From the NCBI GenBank assembly GCA_964371585.1, contig CAYJMD010000001.1, positions 18,950 to 82,949 on the forward strand: a stretch of DNA of 64,000 nt, in the 5' to 3' direction. Positions 52,994 to 63,960 of the stretch are shown in pieces. The notes below the pieces were generated by a model. That model did not search any database. It was not told where the DNA came from and saw nothing but the letters and a program-made list of their open reading frames with translations. How positions within the stretch are numbered: position 1 is the first letter of the stretch; each line of letters begins with the position of its first letter. The translations under genes and the position numbers were made by a program. The stretch is from an uncultured Clostridiaceae bacterium. Its GTDB lineage: Bacteria > Bacillota > Clostridia > TANB77 > CAG-465.

Positions 52994-53097
52994 TACTTGT
53001 ATTATATGTAAACATCTTAAAATTGATATTAATTGATTTTAAGGTGTTTTTTTATTATCTTTTTTATGATACAATTAATAGTAATTAGAGGTGAAAT

Positions 53098-53625
53098 ATG
53101 AAAATTTATTTAGTAAGACATGGACAAACAGATCATAATGCAGATGGTGTATATTGTGCTCAAGATATAGATATAAATTTAAAAGGTATTATTCAAGCAG
53201 AAATTTTAAGAGATAAGATAAAAGATATTTCTTATGACATTGTAATATCATCACCACTTAAAAGAGCTAAACATACAGCAAATATTATTAACGTTAATAA
53301 TGTACATATTGTAGAAGATGAGAGACTTAAAGAAAGAGATCCAGGAGATTTATGTGGACAAAAATATGAAACAACAAATAGAGAAGAATATTGGAACTAT
53401 AATACAACATTAAAACAAGGTAGTGCAGAAGAAATAAAAGTTTTTTTAAATAGAGTACATAATTTTTTAAATGAACTTAAAAATAAAAATTATGCTTCAG
53501 TTTTAATAGTTGCTCATAGTGGTGTTTCAAAAGCTTTTTATACCTATTTTAGAGGTATGACTGAAGATGGAATACTTTTAGATAAAGGTATTTCAAATTG
53601 TGAACTTAAAGAGTATATACTTTAG
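53098..53625 (+). CDS. Histidine phosphatase superfamily (phosphoglycerate-mutase-like) protein.
   Basis: 'IYLVRHGQTDHN' RHG motif. 'AHSGV'. Confidence 0.7.
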   Translation: MKIYLVRHGQTDHNADGVYCAQDIDINLKGIIQAEILRDKIKDISYDIVISSPLKRAKHTANIINVNNVHIVEDERLKERDPGDLCGQKYETTNREEYWNYNTTLKQGSAEEIKVFLNRVHNFLNELKNKNYASVLIVAHSGVSKAFYTYFRGMTEDGILLDKGISNCELKEYIL

Positions 53626-53648
53626 TTTAAAAAGAGAGGAATAAATAT

Positions 53649-55448
53649 ATGATAAATGACATGTACAAAATTATAACAGATTATTACAAATCTATAGGTG
53701 GAAATAAAAGGTGGACATTATTACTTTACTTGTTTTCATTTATATGCAATATACTGATGATTATAATTCCGTTTTTTGCAGCACAAATTATAGAGGATTT
53801 AACAATAAAAGATGCAAGTAGTGCATACTTCAATATAGCTTGTTTAGCACTTTCGTATATAGGATACAATGTATTTCATTATTTTAAATACGTAGGATAT
53901 TCACATTGTATGAAAAGCACATATAAAGATGTTAGGAAAAAAATCACTGAAAAGATACTTACTTATGATATTGGGTTTGCAAACAATATATCAAAAGGTA
54001 AAATATTAAATACTGTTAATACTGATACAGCAAGACTTGGAGAAATTAACTTAAGCATTGTTGAATTTATATCATTATCATTAAAAGTAATTGCTTTCGT
54101 TATAATATTTTTAACAATAGATTTATACATAGGAATAGTTATTGTACTATTTATGCTAATATATCTTGCTATATACAATCATTGCAATGTAAATGAAGCT
54201 AAATATTTGATTGCTCAAAATAATTCTAAAGATAAATTAACAGAAAATTTATCTCAAATTATAAGTGGACTTGGTGAAATAAAAATGTTTAGTATAGAAA
54301 GTAAAGTTAAAAGTAATTTTACTGTAATTGCAAATAAGTGGACTAAAGAGTACATGAATAAGAGAAAGTATGTTAATTTTAGTGTAGGAATATTACCTTT
54401 ATTTACTCATATACTAAAAATATTACTATATTTAATATTGGGATATTATGTTTTAAGTGGAAGATATGAAATAAGTACATTAATACTACTAATATCATAT
54501 TTTGAAAGTATAACTACATCTTCAACACAACTGATGACATATTCAAGAGAGATAAGAGATTGGTCTGTTTCGCTTGCAAGGGTAAAAGCTGTTTTAAATT
54601 ATACAGGTAAAGAGGCTTTTGAATTTGGTGACAATACAACAGATAATATTAAGGGTAAATTAGAGTTTAAAAATGTTTCTTTTAAATATAAACATAATAA
54701 TAAAGGGAAAGTTAAGAATATTTCATTTGTGGCTAAACCAGGTAAGATAACAGCTTTTGTTGGTCATTCTGGTAGTGGCAAAACAACACTTACTAATTTA
54801 CTTCTTAGAAAGTATAAAGTTGATTCTGGTGAAATTTTAATAGATGGAATTAATATTAAAGAATATACTAAAAAAATATATTCAAATAATGTTGTAGGTG
54901 TAAACCAAAGTCCATACTTATTTAATATGAGTATAAAAGCTAATTTAGCTCTTATAGATAAAAATCCAGCAAATCAAATTGAAGCGTGTAAACGTGTTGG
55001 AATACATGATTATATAATGTCTCTGCCAAGTGGATATAATACAGTACTTAGCGAAAATGCTTCTAATTTTTCTGGAGGACAAAAACAATTACTTGCTATT
55101 GCAAGAGTAATACTGTCTAAAGCTGAAATATTAATATTTGATGAAGTAACAAGTTCGTTAGATACCATTGCTAGTAATAATATTAAAGAGGTACTAGAAA
55201 ATTTAAAATTAGATCATACTATAGTACTAATTACTCATAAAAAAGATGTAATGAAGCTTGCAGATAATATTGTTGTGCTAAATAAAGGAAATCTTGTAGG
55301 TATAGGAAGTCATACTAAACTTATGAAAGAAAATAAAACATATATGGATATACAAACTCATGAATATACTAGTATATCTAAACTTGAACTTGAGGAAGAT
55401 AATGTATTTGAAGGGATTAGTGATAATGTAATTAAAAGTGATATTTAA
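53649..55448 (+). CDS. ABC exporter, fused permease/ATPase.
   Basis: 6-TM N-terminus. 'GHSGSGKTT' Walker A, 'FSGGQKQLLAIAR' signature, 'ILIFDEVTS'. Confidence 0.8.
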   Translation: MINDMYKIITDYYKSIGGNKRWTLLLYLFSFICNILMIIIPFFAAQIIEDLTIKDASSAYFNIACLALSYIGYNVFHYFKYVGYSHCMKSTYKDVRKKITEKILTYDIGFANNISKGKILNTVNTDTARLGEINLSIVEFISLSLKVIAFVIIFLTIDLYIGIVIVLFMLIYLAIYNHCNVNEAKYLIAQNNSKDKLTENLSQIISGLGEIKMFSIESKVKSNFTVIANKWTKEYMNKRKYVNFSVGILPLFTHILKILLYLILGYYVLSGRYEISTLILLISYFESITTSSTQLMTYSREIRDWSVSLARVKAVLNYTGKEAFEFGDNTTDNIKGKLEFKNVSFKYKHNNKGKVKNISFVAKPGKITAFVGHSGSGKTTLTNLLLRKYKVDSGEILIDGINIKEYTKKIYSNNVVGVNQSPYLFNMSIKANLALIDKNPANQIEACKRVGIHDYIMSLPSGYNTVLSENASNFSGGQKQLLAIARVILSKAEILIFDEVTSSLDTIASNNIKEVLENLKLDHTIVLITHKKDVMKLADNIVVLNKGNLVGIGSHTKLMKENKTYMDIQTHEYTSISKLELEEDNVFEGISDNVIKSDI

Positions 55449-55466
55449 ATCATTTGAGGAGGGAAT

Positions 55467-56369
55467 ATGAAAAATAAAGAAATTAATAATATGATGCTAG
55501 CTTTTATACTTAATTTTACTTTTGTTATAATAGAAATTATAGGTGCAATTGCCACTAATAGTATAGCTATAATTACAGATGCAATTCACGATTTAGGAGA
55601 TTGCCTTTCTATATGGATTGCAATTGTACTTAAAAAAATTTCATATAAAAAACCAGATTCTAAATATACATATGGATATGCTAGATATTCTATAATAGGT
55701 GGTCTTATAAATTTAGTTGTATTATCAGTAGGTGCTACAATAATTGTATATAATGCTATTCCAAGATTACTTAATCCACAAGAAGTTAATTATACAGGAA
55801 TGTTTGTTTTAGCAATTTTAGGTATTGTATTTAATTTTATAGGTGCATATAAAACTAGAAATTCTAAAGATGTTTCAGAAAAAATTATCAGTTTACATTT
55901 ATTAGAAGATTTATTTGGATGGTTGCTTGTACTTATTTCTAGTATTGCAATTGGAATATTTAAGTTATATATAATTGATCCAATATTGTCACTTCTTTTA
56001 GCGTTATTTATATTTGTAAATGTAGTTAAAAATTTAAAGGAAATATTAGATATAATTCTTGAAAAGACACCTAATAATGTTGATATAGAGAGTATAACAA
56101 AACAAGTAGAAAATTTGGATGATGTCAAAAATATACATCATATACACATTTGGTCATTAGATGGTAAATTAAATTGTTTAACTGCTCATGTCTGCACATA
56201 TGAAAATACAACATTAGATAAAATAGAATTACTTAAAAAAAGTATTAAACATATACTTGAGCATAATAACATAAGTCATTCGACTTTAGAAATTGAAATA
56301 AATAGTTGTGAAGATGAGATATGTAACCCTCAAATATCTGTAGATACACATAGTCATCATTCTCACTAG
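55467..56369 (+). CDS. Cation diffusion facilitator (CzcD-like) transporter with a His-rich C-terminus.
   Basis: 'DAIHDLGDC', 6 TM, C-terminal 'HSHHSH'. Confidence 0.8.
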   Translation: MKNKEINNMMLAFILNFTFVIIEIIGAIATNSIAIITDAIHDLGDCLSIWIAIVLKKISYKKPDSKYTYGYARYSIIGGLINLVVLSVGATIIVYNAIPRLLNPQEVNYTGMFVLAILGIVFNFIGAYKTRNSKDVSEKIISLHLLEDLFGWLLVLISSIAIGIFKLYIIDPILSLLLALFIFVNVVKNLKEILDIILEKTPNNVDIESITKQVENLDDVKNIHHIHIWSLDGKLNCLTAHVCTYENTTLDKIELLKKSIKHILEHNNISHSTLEIEINSCEDEICNPQISVDTHSHHSH

Positions 56370-56533
56370 TTAACATAGTAATTGTTTAATACAAAATTCT
56401 ATAAAAATTCAAAATGGGTAAATAAATTAATGAGTTAAATTATTTATTCATTTTTATTATTGTTATAAATTTATATTTTAAACTTTAGTATTATGTGATA
56501 TAATTTAAATTAAGAGGTATAGGAGATAAATAT

Positions 56534-59206
56534 ATGAAAGAGGAAACAAAAAAGAAAAATAAAAAAATGAGCAAAGAAGAAAACTTGTATAAAAATGTAT
56601 ATCCAAATTTAAGACATGTTTTAAATGCTACTAGAGGGTCATATTTAAAGTATAAGAACATGACATCTACGTTTAGTAAAATAAACGAAAACTCACCGGT
56701 TGTTCCAGATTGTTATGAAGTATGTAATACGAATACTGTAGATTCTGATATTACTTTAAATGTGTTAGAGGGGAAATTACCTAAAGATATAACAGGTAAT
56801 ATGTATATATGTCAATGTCTTGGTACAAAAGATGCTTTTATGGTTGGTGATACAAATATAGTTAAAATTAATTTTAGTAAAAAAGAAGTTAATTTAAAAA
56901 ATAGATTCTTATGGACACCAGCAACAATGGCTAAAATAGGACTTGAAAATACTAAACATTGTTTTGATCATATGGGACTCATGTTTCTATCACCAGGTAT
57001 GGGAATATATTCATATACTGAAGGTATGTATTTATTACCAGATGGAAGATTAGGAATAACAAGTGATGTAGATAGACCTTGGATTATTGATAGAGAAAAC
57101 TTAAAAGTGAATTCGCCTTTAGGAAAAAGAAGTCAGTGGCTACCTATGATGAAGGGTAAAAATTCTGAAGTTATGGGTGAACTATTTGCAGGATATAGCA
57201 ATTCACATGTAATATATAATGATGTTAAAACTGATGAAGTATTTTTAGTTAATTATCAGATAAAACAAGCAGATGGAACACATCCTTGTAATTTAATGAA
57301 ATTTGGTAAAAATTTTAATATAGATAAATGGAGTGTTGTTGATGAAAACAGTAAAGATATATTAATTGAGCAAAGTATTCATGAACTTATATTTACTAGA
57401 GATTATATAATACTTGCAGATACAGCATTTGCAGCTGGCTCAGAAATGATCAAACCATGGAAAAATGCAGCTTTACCTAATCCTAAAACTGTTATATACA
57501 TTATAGCAAGAAAAGATTTAATTAAAAAAAATACTAAGGTTGTAGCTAAAAGATTTGAAATTAATGAAGCTTGTATACACCTTATTGCAGATTATGAAAA
57601 TATAGATAATAAGCTAAAAATATATATGTTACATACTCCAGCAACTAATACTGCTGAAATAATTAGAAGTTATGATAAAGATTTAAATGGTAAATTATTC
57701 CCTAGACATTTAGTTGGTTATGGAACTTTACCAGTACTTGATTTATCAAGTTTAGGAAAGCATACAATTAATATGAAAACATCTAAAGTATCTTCTAAAT
57801 ACATAAGACATAAAAAACTTACTTGGGGTCCATACATGTACACATATATGGGAAGGCAGCTTAGAAATTTAGAAGATCAAGATTTATTCATAATGTTTAA
57901 AGGGTTTAGAAATGAAATACTTCCTAAAAGAATATATAATGCATATAAAAATACTGAAAATAGAAGAGTTCCACTTGATGATATGATTAAAAATAATAAA
58001 ATTAATGTCAATAATTCAATTGTTAGACTTAAAAAAGATGATTTTAAAATAGCTGATCATTATGAATTTAACGATAAAGTTATGCTATATACAATTTCAT
58101 GTATAGAGACTTCTAAAAATGAAGGATATGTACTAGCTGGAGTTGTAAGTGATGTTAAAGAAAATGAACTTAGCAGTGGACATGAGTATTGGTTATTTGA
58201 CTCGAATAATTTAAAAGCTGGTCCTATTTGTAAACTAGGACATAAATCACTTAATAATTCAGTACTATTTCATACTGTATATATTCCAGAAAAAGATGAG
58301 AAACGTTTAGATAAAAATAAAATAAGATATAATGTTTCTTTTAAAGAAGATTATCCAGCTAAAGATCTTAAGAAATATAATAAAGAAGTAAAAGAAATAT
58401 TTGATGAAGTTATATTTCCATACTATGATGATCAGGATAGTAAATCAAAACAAAAAGCTATGAACATATTGAAAGAATTTTCTAAAAATAGAGTAGCTAA
58501 TTATGTTGGTAAAGAACATATAATATCAGAAGAAGAAATTAAAGATGCACCTAAACATGCTGAAAAAATGATTGCAGAAGCAAATAGAATGTTTAATAGT
58601 ACAGGTTGGAAAGATGAAAGTAATAAAGATGGATTATTAGTACAATCAAAAAAAGTATCAGGAACTTTTGAAAAGTCGGGTATTTTTGTTACAAGAGCTA
58701 CAAGCGATTTAGATGTTAATGCAGATAAATTATTTGAGTATATAACTAGTCCAGAAGGTTATGCAGTAATAGATCCTGTAAGTGATCCAAATGATCATAG
58801 TAAAAAACCTTTAGAAGTATATAAATGGAAAAAAGATTCTAGACTTGAAGCTGCAGTTGCTACAACGAATATTAAAATGTTAGATCCTAGTGACTTTGTT
58901 GTACTTAATGCAATAGATAAAGAAAGAAAAATATTTGCTTCTAAATCAATAATACATAAATCCATGAAAGGTAGTAGTAAATATTATGATAAGTATGTTA
59001 AGCCTTCAAACGGACATGAAAGAGCTCTTAATACATTTGTAATACAAGTAGAGGAAATAAGTAAAAATTCTTGTAGAGTAAATTGTATTAATTATGCAGA
59101 TATGGCTGGAAAAACTTCAAGTACAATGAATAACATTATTAATTGTAAAGTGTTTTTTCCACCACTATATAAAAGAATGAAAGAAGCTATAAACAAAATA
59201 AAATAA
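56534..59206 (+). CDS. Large (890 aa) multidomain hypothetical protein. Possibly a C-terminal ligand-binding (START/Bet v1-like?) module. The N-terminal roughly 500 aa has beta-rich, histidine-containing blocks.
   Basis: Strong RBS and promoter (gTGaTATAAT). No definitive catalytic signature identified by eye. Confidence 0.5.
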   Translation: MKEETKKKNKKMSKEENLYKNVYPNLRHVLNATRGSYLKYKNMTSTFSKINENSPVVPDCYEVCNTNTVDSDITLNVLEGKLPKDITGNMYICQCLGTKDAFMVGDTNIVKINFSKKEVNLKNRFLWTPATMAKIGLENTKHCFDHMGLMFLSPGMGIYSYTEGMYLLPDGRLGITSDVDRPWIIDRENLKVNSPLGKRSQWLPMMKGKNSEVMGELFAGYSNSHVIYNDVKTDEVFLVNYQIKQADGTHPCNLMKFGKNFNIDKWSVVDENSKDILIEQSIHELIFTRDYIILADTAFAAGSEMIKPWKNAALPNPKTVIYIIARKDLIKKNTKVVAKRFEINEACIHLIADYENIDNKLKIYMLHTPATNTAEIIRSYDKDLNGKLFPRHLVGYGTLPVLDLSSLGKHTINMKTSKVSSKYIRHKKLTWGPYMYTYMGRQLRNLEDQDLFIMFKGFRNEILPKRIYNAYKNTENRRVPLDDMIKNNKINVNNSIVRLKKDDFKIADHYEFNDKVMLYTISCIETSKNEGYVLAGVVSDVKENELSSGHEYWLFDSNNLKAGPICKLGHKSLNNSVLFHTVYIPEKDEKRLDKNKIRYNVSFKEDYPAKDLKKYNKEVKEIFDEVIFPYYDDQDSKSKQKAMNILKEFSKNRVANYVGKEHIISEEEIKDAPKHAEKMIAEANRMFNSTGWKDESNKDGLLVQSKKVSGTFEKSGIFVTRATSDLDVNADKLFEYITSPEGYAVIDPVSDPNDHSKKPLEVYKWKKDSRLEAAVATTNIKMLDPSDFVVLNAIDKERKIFASKSIIHKSMKGSSKYYDKYVKPSNGHERALNTFVIQVEEISKNSCRVNCINYADMAGKTSSTMNNIINCKVFFPPLYKRMKEAINKIK

Positions 59207-59399
59207 ATTTAATAATTGAATAGCTATTAATGATTGTTTGTGTTTTTGTAATGTATTTAAAATAGCAACAAACAAGTTGCAAATTTACATAAAATATGAT
59301 ATAATTAAAGAGTAAAGAATAAAAGTTGATTTTAAAAATTTAAGATTAATAAGGAATGTTGTATTAAAATATTTATTAAAAGAAACGGAGTAAATTACT

Positions 59400-59921
59400 A
59401 TGAATAATCCTACATTTATCGCATTACCAATTAAGATTTTTCCTAAAAATGGAAAGGTACCTAAAGATATTAAAAATGTATTAACTACTACTTTGTTAGT
59501 AGCAAAATTTAGAAAATTTTTGTTTAAAGAAGTAAAAATTAAATTAGAGTATCTATATTGTTATGAAGAACACGGTGTATTACATGAATTTTTTACTGGC
59601 AGACGGGTTGGTATGTTTTTGTTAAAAGAAAAAGTAGAACTATTTAATATTAATGGTAAAGGTTTATCAAGAAAAAAATGGGAAGACACTGGATTAATAA
59701 CATTAGACTATTTACCAGATTGTCCAATTAGTACTAAAGGTTATCATTCAGATAGATATAGTGTTCTTACAGAGGATAACTACAATAAATCTATTGAAAA
59801 ATTAAAAAAAGACTATTTTAGAGAGACTACAAATTGCATAAATGAATTTTTAGATGAGCAGACTTCAGTTTCTAAACGTGAATATCAAAAAAATCGAATT
59901 ATTAATAATGTAAGACATTAA
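59400..59921 (+). CDS. Hypothetical protein of 173 aa.
   Basis: Own promoter TTGCAA, 17 nt, TATAAT. Terminator at 59929-59960. Confidence 0.4.
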   Translation: MNNPTFIALPIKIFPKNGKVPKDIKNVLTTTLLVAKFRKFLFKEVKIKLEYLYCYEEHGVLHEFFTGRRVGMFLLKEKVELFNINGKGLSRKKWEDTGLITLDYLPDCPISTKGYHSDRYSVLTEDNYNKSIEKLKKDYFRETTNCINEFLDEQTSVSKREYQKNRIINNVRH

Positions 59922-59928
59922 AAATTAA

Positions 59929-59960
59929 AAAGGAAGCAAATATTTTGCTTTCTTTTTTTG
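59929..59960 (+). terminator. Rho-independent terminator.
   Basis: AAGGAAGCAAA tat TTTGCTTTCTT followed by TTTTT. Confidence 0.5.
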
Positions 59961-60065
59961 TAAGAAAATGAATAGTAAATATTGTATACTATATATATTA
60001 TGTATTTGTTGAAATGTGGATATTCCTATGATATAATACTAAAGCTAAATTAAGGAGGAAATAAC

Positions 60066-60443
60066 ATGAATGCTAAAGCAATAGAAAAACATAAATCTAA
60101 TTTTGTTAGTGCTAAAATAATGAATGAAACAGATAATATTATAGCAGAAGCAACAGCTACATATGCAGATGAAATATTATTTTTCAATATGTGGCAAAGA
60201 GGATGGTCTTTCTACACAGAAGAGAAAGTAATAGTTACAGCAGGATTACTTACTTGTGTTGATGTACCATATACTACAATAACGAAAATAGAAAAATGTA
60301 CACAATTCTTTTTACCACTTGGAATAAAACTATACTATACAGAAGAATCTACTGGTAAAACAAGAACTCTTAAATATTCAACTCAAAAGAGAGATAAGTA
60401 TATTGAAATGATAGAGTCTAAGTCACAAGTTAAATGCAGTTAA
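60066..60443 (+). CDS. Hypothetical protein of 125 aa, possibly a bacterial PH-like fold.
   Basis: Own promoter TTGAAA, 17 nt, TATAAT. RBS AAGGAGG. Confidence 0.4.
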   Translation: MNAKAIEKHKSNFVSAKIMNETDNIIAEATATYADEILFFNMWQRGWSFYTEEKVIVTAGLLTCVDVPYTTITKIEKCTQFFLPLGIKLYYTEESTGKTRTLKYSTQKRDKYIEMIESKSQVKCS

Positions 60444-60535
60444 TTATACTATTTAAATAACAATTATATATGTAAGTATGTAGTTGTTATTTTTATATAA
60501 TATATGATATAATAAGTTTAAAGGGGAAGGTTAAA

Positions 60536-61135
60536 ATGCTAAATATAGGAATTGATATAGATAATGTACTTTCAAATTTTGATGAAGTTTTGTTTGAAAG
60601 ATTTAAAAATCATGATAAGTTATTAAGAAATACTGGTGTTGTTGATAGTAGCAAATATATAACAAAAGGAATGTTTGATTGGTCCAAAGAGGAGATAAAT
60701 AATTTTTATCCTAATACTATTAGAGAATTATCACAATCTTTAGATACTATTAAAGGTTCAGTTGAATTTGTAAATAAACTTAAAGAAGATGGTCACAAGA
60801 TTTATATAATAACAGGTAGAGATAATGGAGAATATGCCGATCCGTATACTGTAACGGTAGAGTGGTTAAGTAATAAAGGATTTAATTATGACAAACTAAT
60901 CTTAACTAATTCAAATAATTATGATAAACATATACAGTGTAAAAAATATAATATTAATATTATGATTGATGATTCAGTTACAATGTGTAAAAATTGTATA
61001 GCTAATAATATTAATGCTGTTGTTATGGCAGCAGATCATAACAAAGATGATAATACTCTTTTTAAATTACATAATTGGAATGAAATTTACGAATATATAA
61101 ATAGTAATAAAGAGAAACTTAAAAATATGAGTTAG
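60536..61135 (+). CDS. HAD-superfamily 5'(3')-deoxyribonucleotidase-like protein.
   Basis: N-terminal 'IGIDIDNVL' DxDx(T/V) motif. About 200 aa. Confidence 0.5.
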   Translation: MLNIGIDIDNVLSNFDEVLFERFKNHDKLLRNTGVVDSSKYITKGMFDWSKEEINNFYPNTIRELSQSLDTIKGSVEFVNKLKEDGHKIYIITGRDNGEYADPYTVTVEWLSNKGFNYDKLILTNSNNYDKHIQCKKYNINIMIDDSVTMCKNCIANNINAVVMAADHNKDDNTLFKLHNWNEIYEYINSNKEKLKNMS

Positions 61136-61185
61136 ACATTAATAATATTAATATAAATTAATATACTTATACTATAGAGGTAAAT

Positions 61186-61731
61186 ATGGAAATATATATA
61201 TTAAGACATGGTCAAACAGATTGGAATGTAAATAACATTGTTCAAGGTAATACAAATATACCACTTAATGATGTAGGAATAAGTCAAGCTAAAGAGGCTA
61301 TTAATAAGATTCAAGAGAAAAATTTTGATGTTATAATTTCGTCTAACCTTGATAGAGCAATTAAAACAGCTGAAATAATAAATATAAAAAAATTAGAGCA
61401 TATAATTGATGATAGACTTGCAGAAAGATATTTAGGAGATTATCAAGGTCTTCTATCTGAAGAAAATGGTGAAGATAAGTTATATAATATAAAGTATAAT
61501 TTGGATATTAATAAGATAGAAACTGCTAAAGAGTTATATGTTAGAGTTAGTAATTTACTTGATGAATTATATATAAAATATAACAATAAAAAAGTACTTC
61601 TTGTAACTCATAGTGGAACTACAAGAGCAATAGAAGCATATTTTTTAGGATTTGATACTTATGGTAATATGCCTAAAGAAACACTTAAAAACTGTGAACT
61701 AAGAAAATATAAATATAATAAAAAAGATTAG
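61186..61731 (+). CDS. Histidine phosphatase superfamily protein, a paralogue of the 53098 gene.
   Basis: 'IYILRHGQTDWN'. 'THSGT'. Confidence 0.7.
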   Translation: MEIYILRHGQTDWNVNNIVQGNTNIPLNDVGISQAKEAINKIQEKNFDVIISSNLDRAIKTAEIINIKKLEHIIDDRLAERYLGDYQGLLSEENGEDKLYNIKYNLDINKIETAKELYVRVSNLLDELYIKYNNKKVLLVTHSGTTRAIEAYFLGFDTYGNMPKETLKNCELRKYKYNKKD

Positions 61732-61765
61732 TAATTAACTTGTTACTAATCTTTTTGTTTTTTTA
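61727..61765 (+). terminator. Rho-independent terminator overlapping the stop codon.
   Basis: GATTAGTAA ttaacttg TTACTAATC followed by TTTTTGTTTTTTT. Confidence 0.55.
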
Positions 61766-61809
61766 ATTATATGATATAATATTAAGTAATAAAAGGGAGT
61801 GATTATAAA

Positions 61810-62703
61810 GTGGATAATCTAATAGGAATAATTGAAATAGGAAGCACTAATACAAAAACTCATATATATAAAGCAAGAGAAAGTGTATATGAATCAAGTA
61901 AAACAATTGAGTTTAAAAAGAATTATAGTAATCAAAATAAAATAAATAGTGAAGATTTAAATATGTTATATAGTGTAATAGAAGATGCTTTAAATCATAC
62001 TAATAATATACATTTATTTGGATGTAGTATTTTTAGAAATTTAAGTGATGAAGAATTAGAAGAAATAAACAATACTATGGATATTAAGTATGGAATAAAA
62101 ATAAATGTAATTAGCCAAAAGGATGAAGCTATCCTTACTGCACTTGGATGTTATGGCAATATAGATTTTGATGAAAATATATGTGTATTTATTGGTGGTG
62201 GAGGTTCTACTGAACTTGTATTTGTTAAAAACAAACAAATAATAGATCAGATACATTTTGATTTTGGTGTGGTTGATATTACAAAAAAATATCCTACTTT
62301 AAAAAATGATATTCCAAATTGTAGTTTTGAAGAAGTTCAAGAATATATACAATCTTTAATTGGTGAAATTAATTTTAAATCAGATATACTAATACTTGCA
62401 GGTGGAGATCATAATTATTGGTATAATAATGCAGGATATAGTTTATTAGAAAATAATTTATATAATTCTATTAACCAAAAATTTATAATTACAGACATTA
62501 TGAATAATAATTATGATAGAGATGCACTTGTTACTTCTTTAAATAAAATTAGAGAAAACAGTGATAATCCACTTTGGTTTGATGGTTCAAGAGCTATGAA
62601 AGTTACAACAAATACTATAGCCAATGCCATTAATGCTAAATATATTGTACCAACAAAAATTAATATGGAAGAAGGATTATTAGAAAAATTATTAAATATC
62701 TAA
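61810..62703 (+). CDS. Hypothetical protein, possibly an ASKHA (sugar-kinase/Ppx-GppA-like) fold.
   Basis: N-terminal 'IGIIEIGSTNTKTHIY' phosphate-1-like motif. 'FIGGGGSTE'. GTG start with RBS AAGGGAG. Confidence 0.4.
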   Translation: MDNLIGIIEIGSTNTKTHIYKARESVYESSKTIEFKKNYSNQNKINSEDLNMLYSVIEDALNHTNNIHLFGCSIFRNLSDEELEEINNTMDIKYGIKINVISQKDEAILTALGCYGNIDFDENICVFIGGGGSTELVFVKNKQIIDQIHFDFGVVDITKKYPTLKNDIPNCSFEEVQEYIQSLIGEINFKSDILILAGGDHNYWYNNAGYSLLENNLYNSINQKFIITDIMNNNYDRDALVTSLNKIRENSDNPLWFDGSRAMKVTTNTIANAINAKYIVPTKINMEEGLLEKLLNI

Positions 62704-62731
62704 TAGTTTTATGAAATAAGGGGAAATAAAA

Positions 62732-63940
62732 ATGTTTGAATTAATATTTAGTATTTTAGCATTTATAGCTTTAATAATAAGTATAACAATTAAAGAGAGA
62801 AAAAAATCATTAAAAGTTCAAGGATTAAATTGTTTTTTTGAATTTATATATAATGTACTTATCTATGCACCAACAGCTGCTGTTCTTTGTGTAGTTAATA
62901 TAATGAGAACAATAATATTTACTAAAAATAATAAATTTAGTAATAATACATATCTAATAATATTATTACTATTTGAAAGTATAATACTTACTAATTGTAT
63001 CATTACTTGGGAAGGTTGGATCTCAATTCTTCCTACAATAGGAACGCTGTTTAGAACATATGCATTATGGCAAACTAATATGAAAGTAGTAAGAGTTTCA
63101 GGTGTAACAACAGGTATAACATATGGACTTTATTATTTATTACATCAAGGATATGTCATGCTACTTGGGGACATAGTATTAATACTTGTATCATTATATT
63201 CAATATACATAAATGATTATAAAAATAAAGTAAATGAAAAAATAGTTTGTATAGATTTTAATAATAAAAGTCATGTTAAGTTGTTAGAAAAATTCTATGA
63301 TAATATATATATTAAAGCTTTTAAAAATACAGATGAACGTGAGACATTAGAGGGTATAATATCTCAAGCTAAATATTTTAGTAATACTAATGATATAAAA
63401 TACTTTTGTTTATTACAACTAAAAGATGATAAAGTAGTTGGAGGATTAATTGCAGATTATTTTTTAAAAGTTAATAGTAGCATTATCGAGTATATTGCAA
63501 TTGATAAAGAATATAGGGGAAATAATTATGCAAGTAAACTTATAAAAGAATTAGATGATATATGTAGTAATGAATCTTTAAAAATACTTAATAAAAGAAC
63601 TAAAAATTATTGTTTTGTAGAAATTGAAAAATTATCTACTATGTTATCTGATAGTGAGTTTAAAGAAAGAAAATCTAGAATAGAGTTTTGGAAGAAAAAA
63701 GATGTTAATATTTTGGGTTTTAATTATGTACAACCAGCAATTACAAAAGATAATAATAGTGTTAAAGATTTAATGCTTGGAGTACGAGTGTTAGATGGAA
63801 GTAAAAAAGAAATACAAGGAGAAATATTATCAGAATTCTTAAAGGAGTATTTTGTCCATGCATTTGAGACCGAAAACAACCATTATGATAAAATATGTGA
63901 TAATATAAAAGGGCAAACTATTAAACTACAACAAATTTAA
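62732..63940 (+). CDS. Membrane protein (about 5 TM N-terminal) fused to a C-terminal GNAT-like acetyltransferase domain.
   Basis: Hydrophobic N-terminal 160 aa. 'EYIAIDKEYRGNNYASKLIKEL' resembles GNAT motif A. Confidence 0.45.
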   Translation: MFELIFSILAFIALIISITIKERKKSLKVQGLNCFFEFIYNVLIYAPTAAVLCVVNIMRTIIFTKNNKFSNNTYLIILLLFESIILTNCIITWEGWISILPTIGTLFRTYALWQTNMKVVRVSGVTTGITYGLYYLLHQGYVMLLGDIVLILVSLYSIYINDYKNKVNEKIVCIDFNNKSHVKLLEKFYDNIYIKAFKNTDERETLEGIISQAKYFSNTNDIKYFCLLQLKDDKVVGGLIADYFLKVNSSIIEYIAIDKEYRGNNYASKLIKELDDICSNESLKILNKRTKNYCFVEIEKLSTMLSDSEFKERKSRIEFWKKKDVNILGFNYVQPAITKDNNSVKDLMLGVRVLDGSKKEIQGEILSEFLKEYFVHAFETENNHYDKICDNIKGQTIKLQQI

Positions 63941-63960
63941 GATACAAGGAGTTTATGTAA

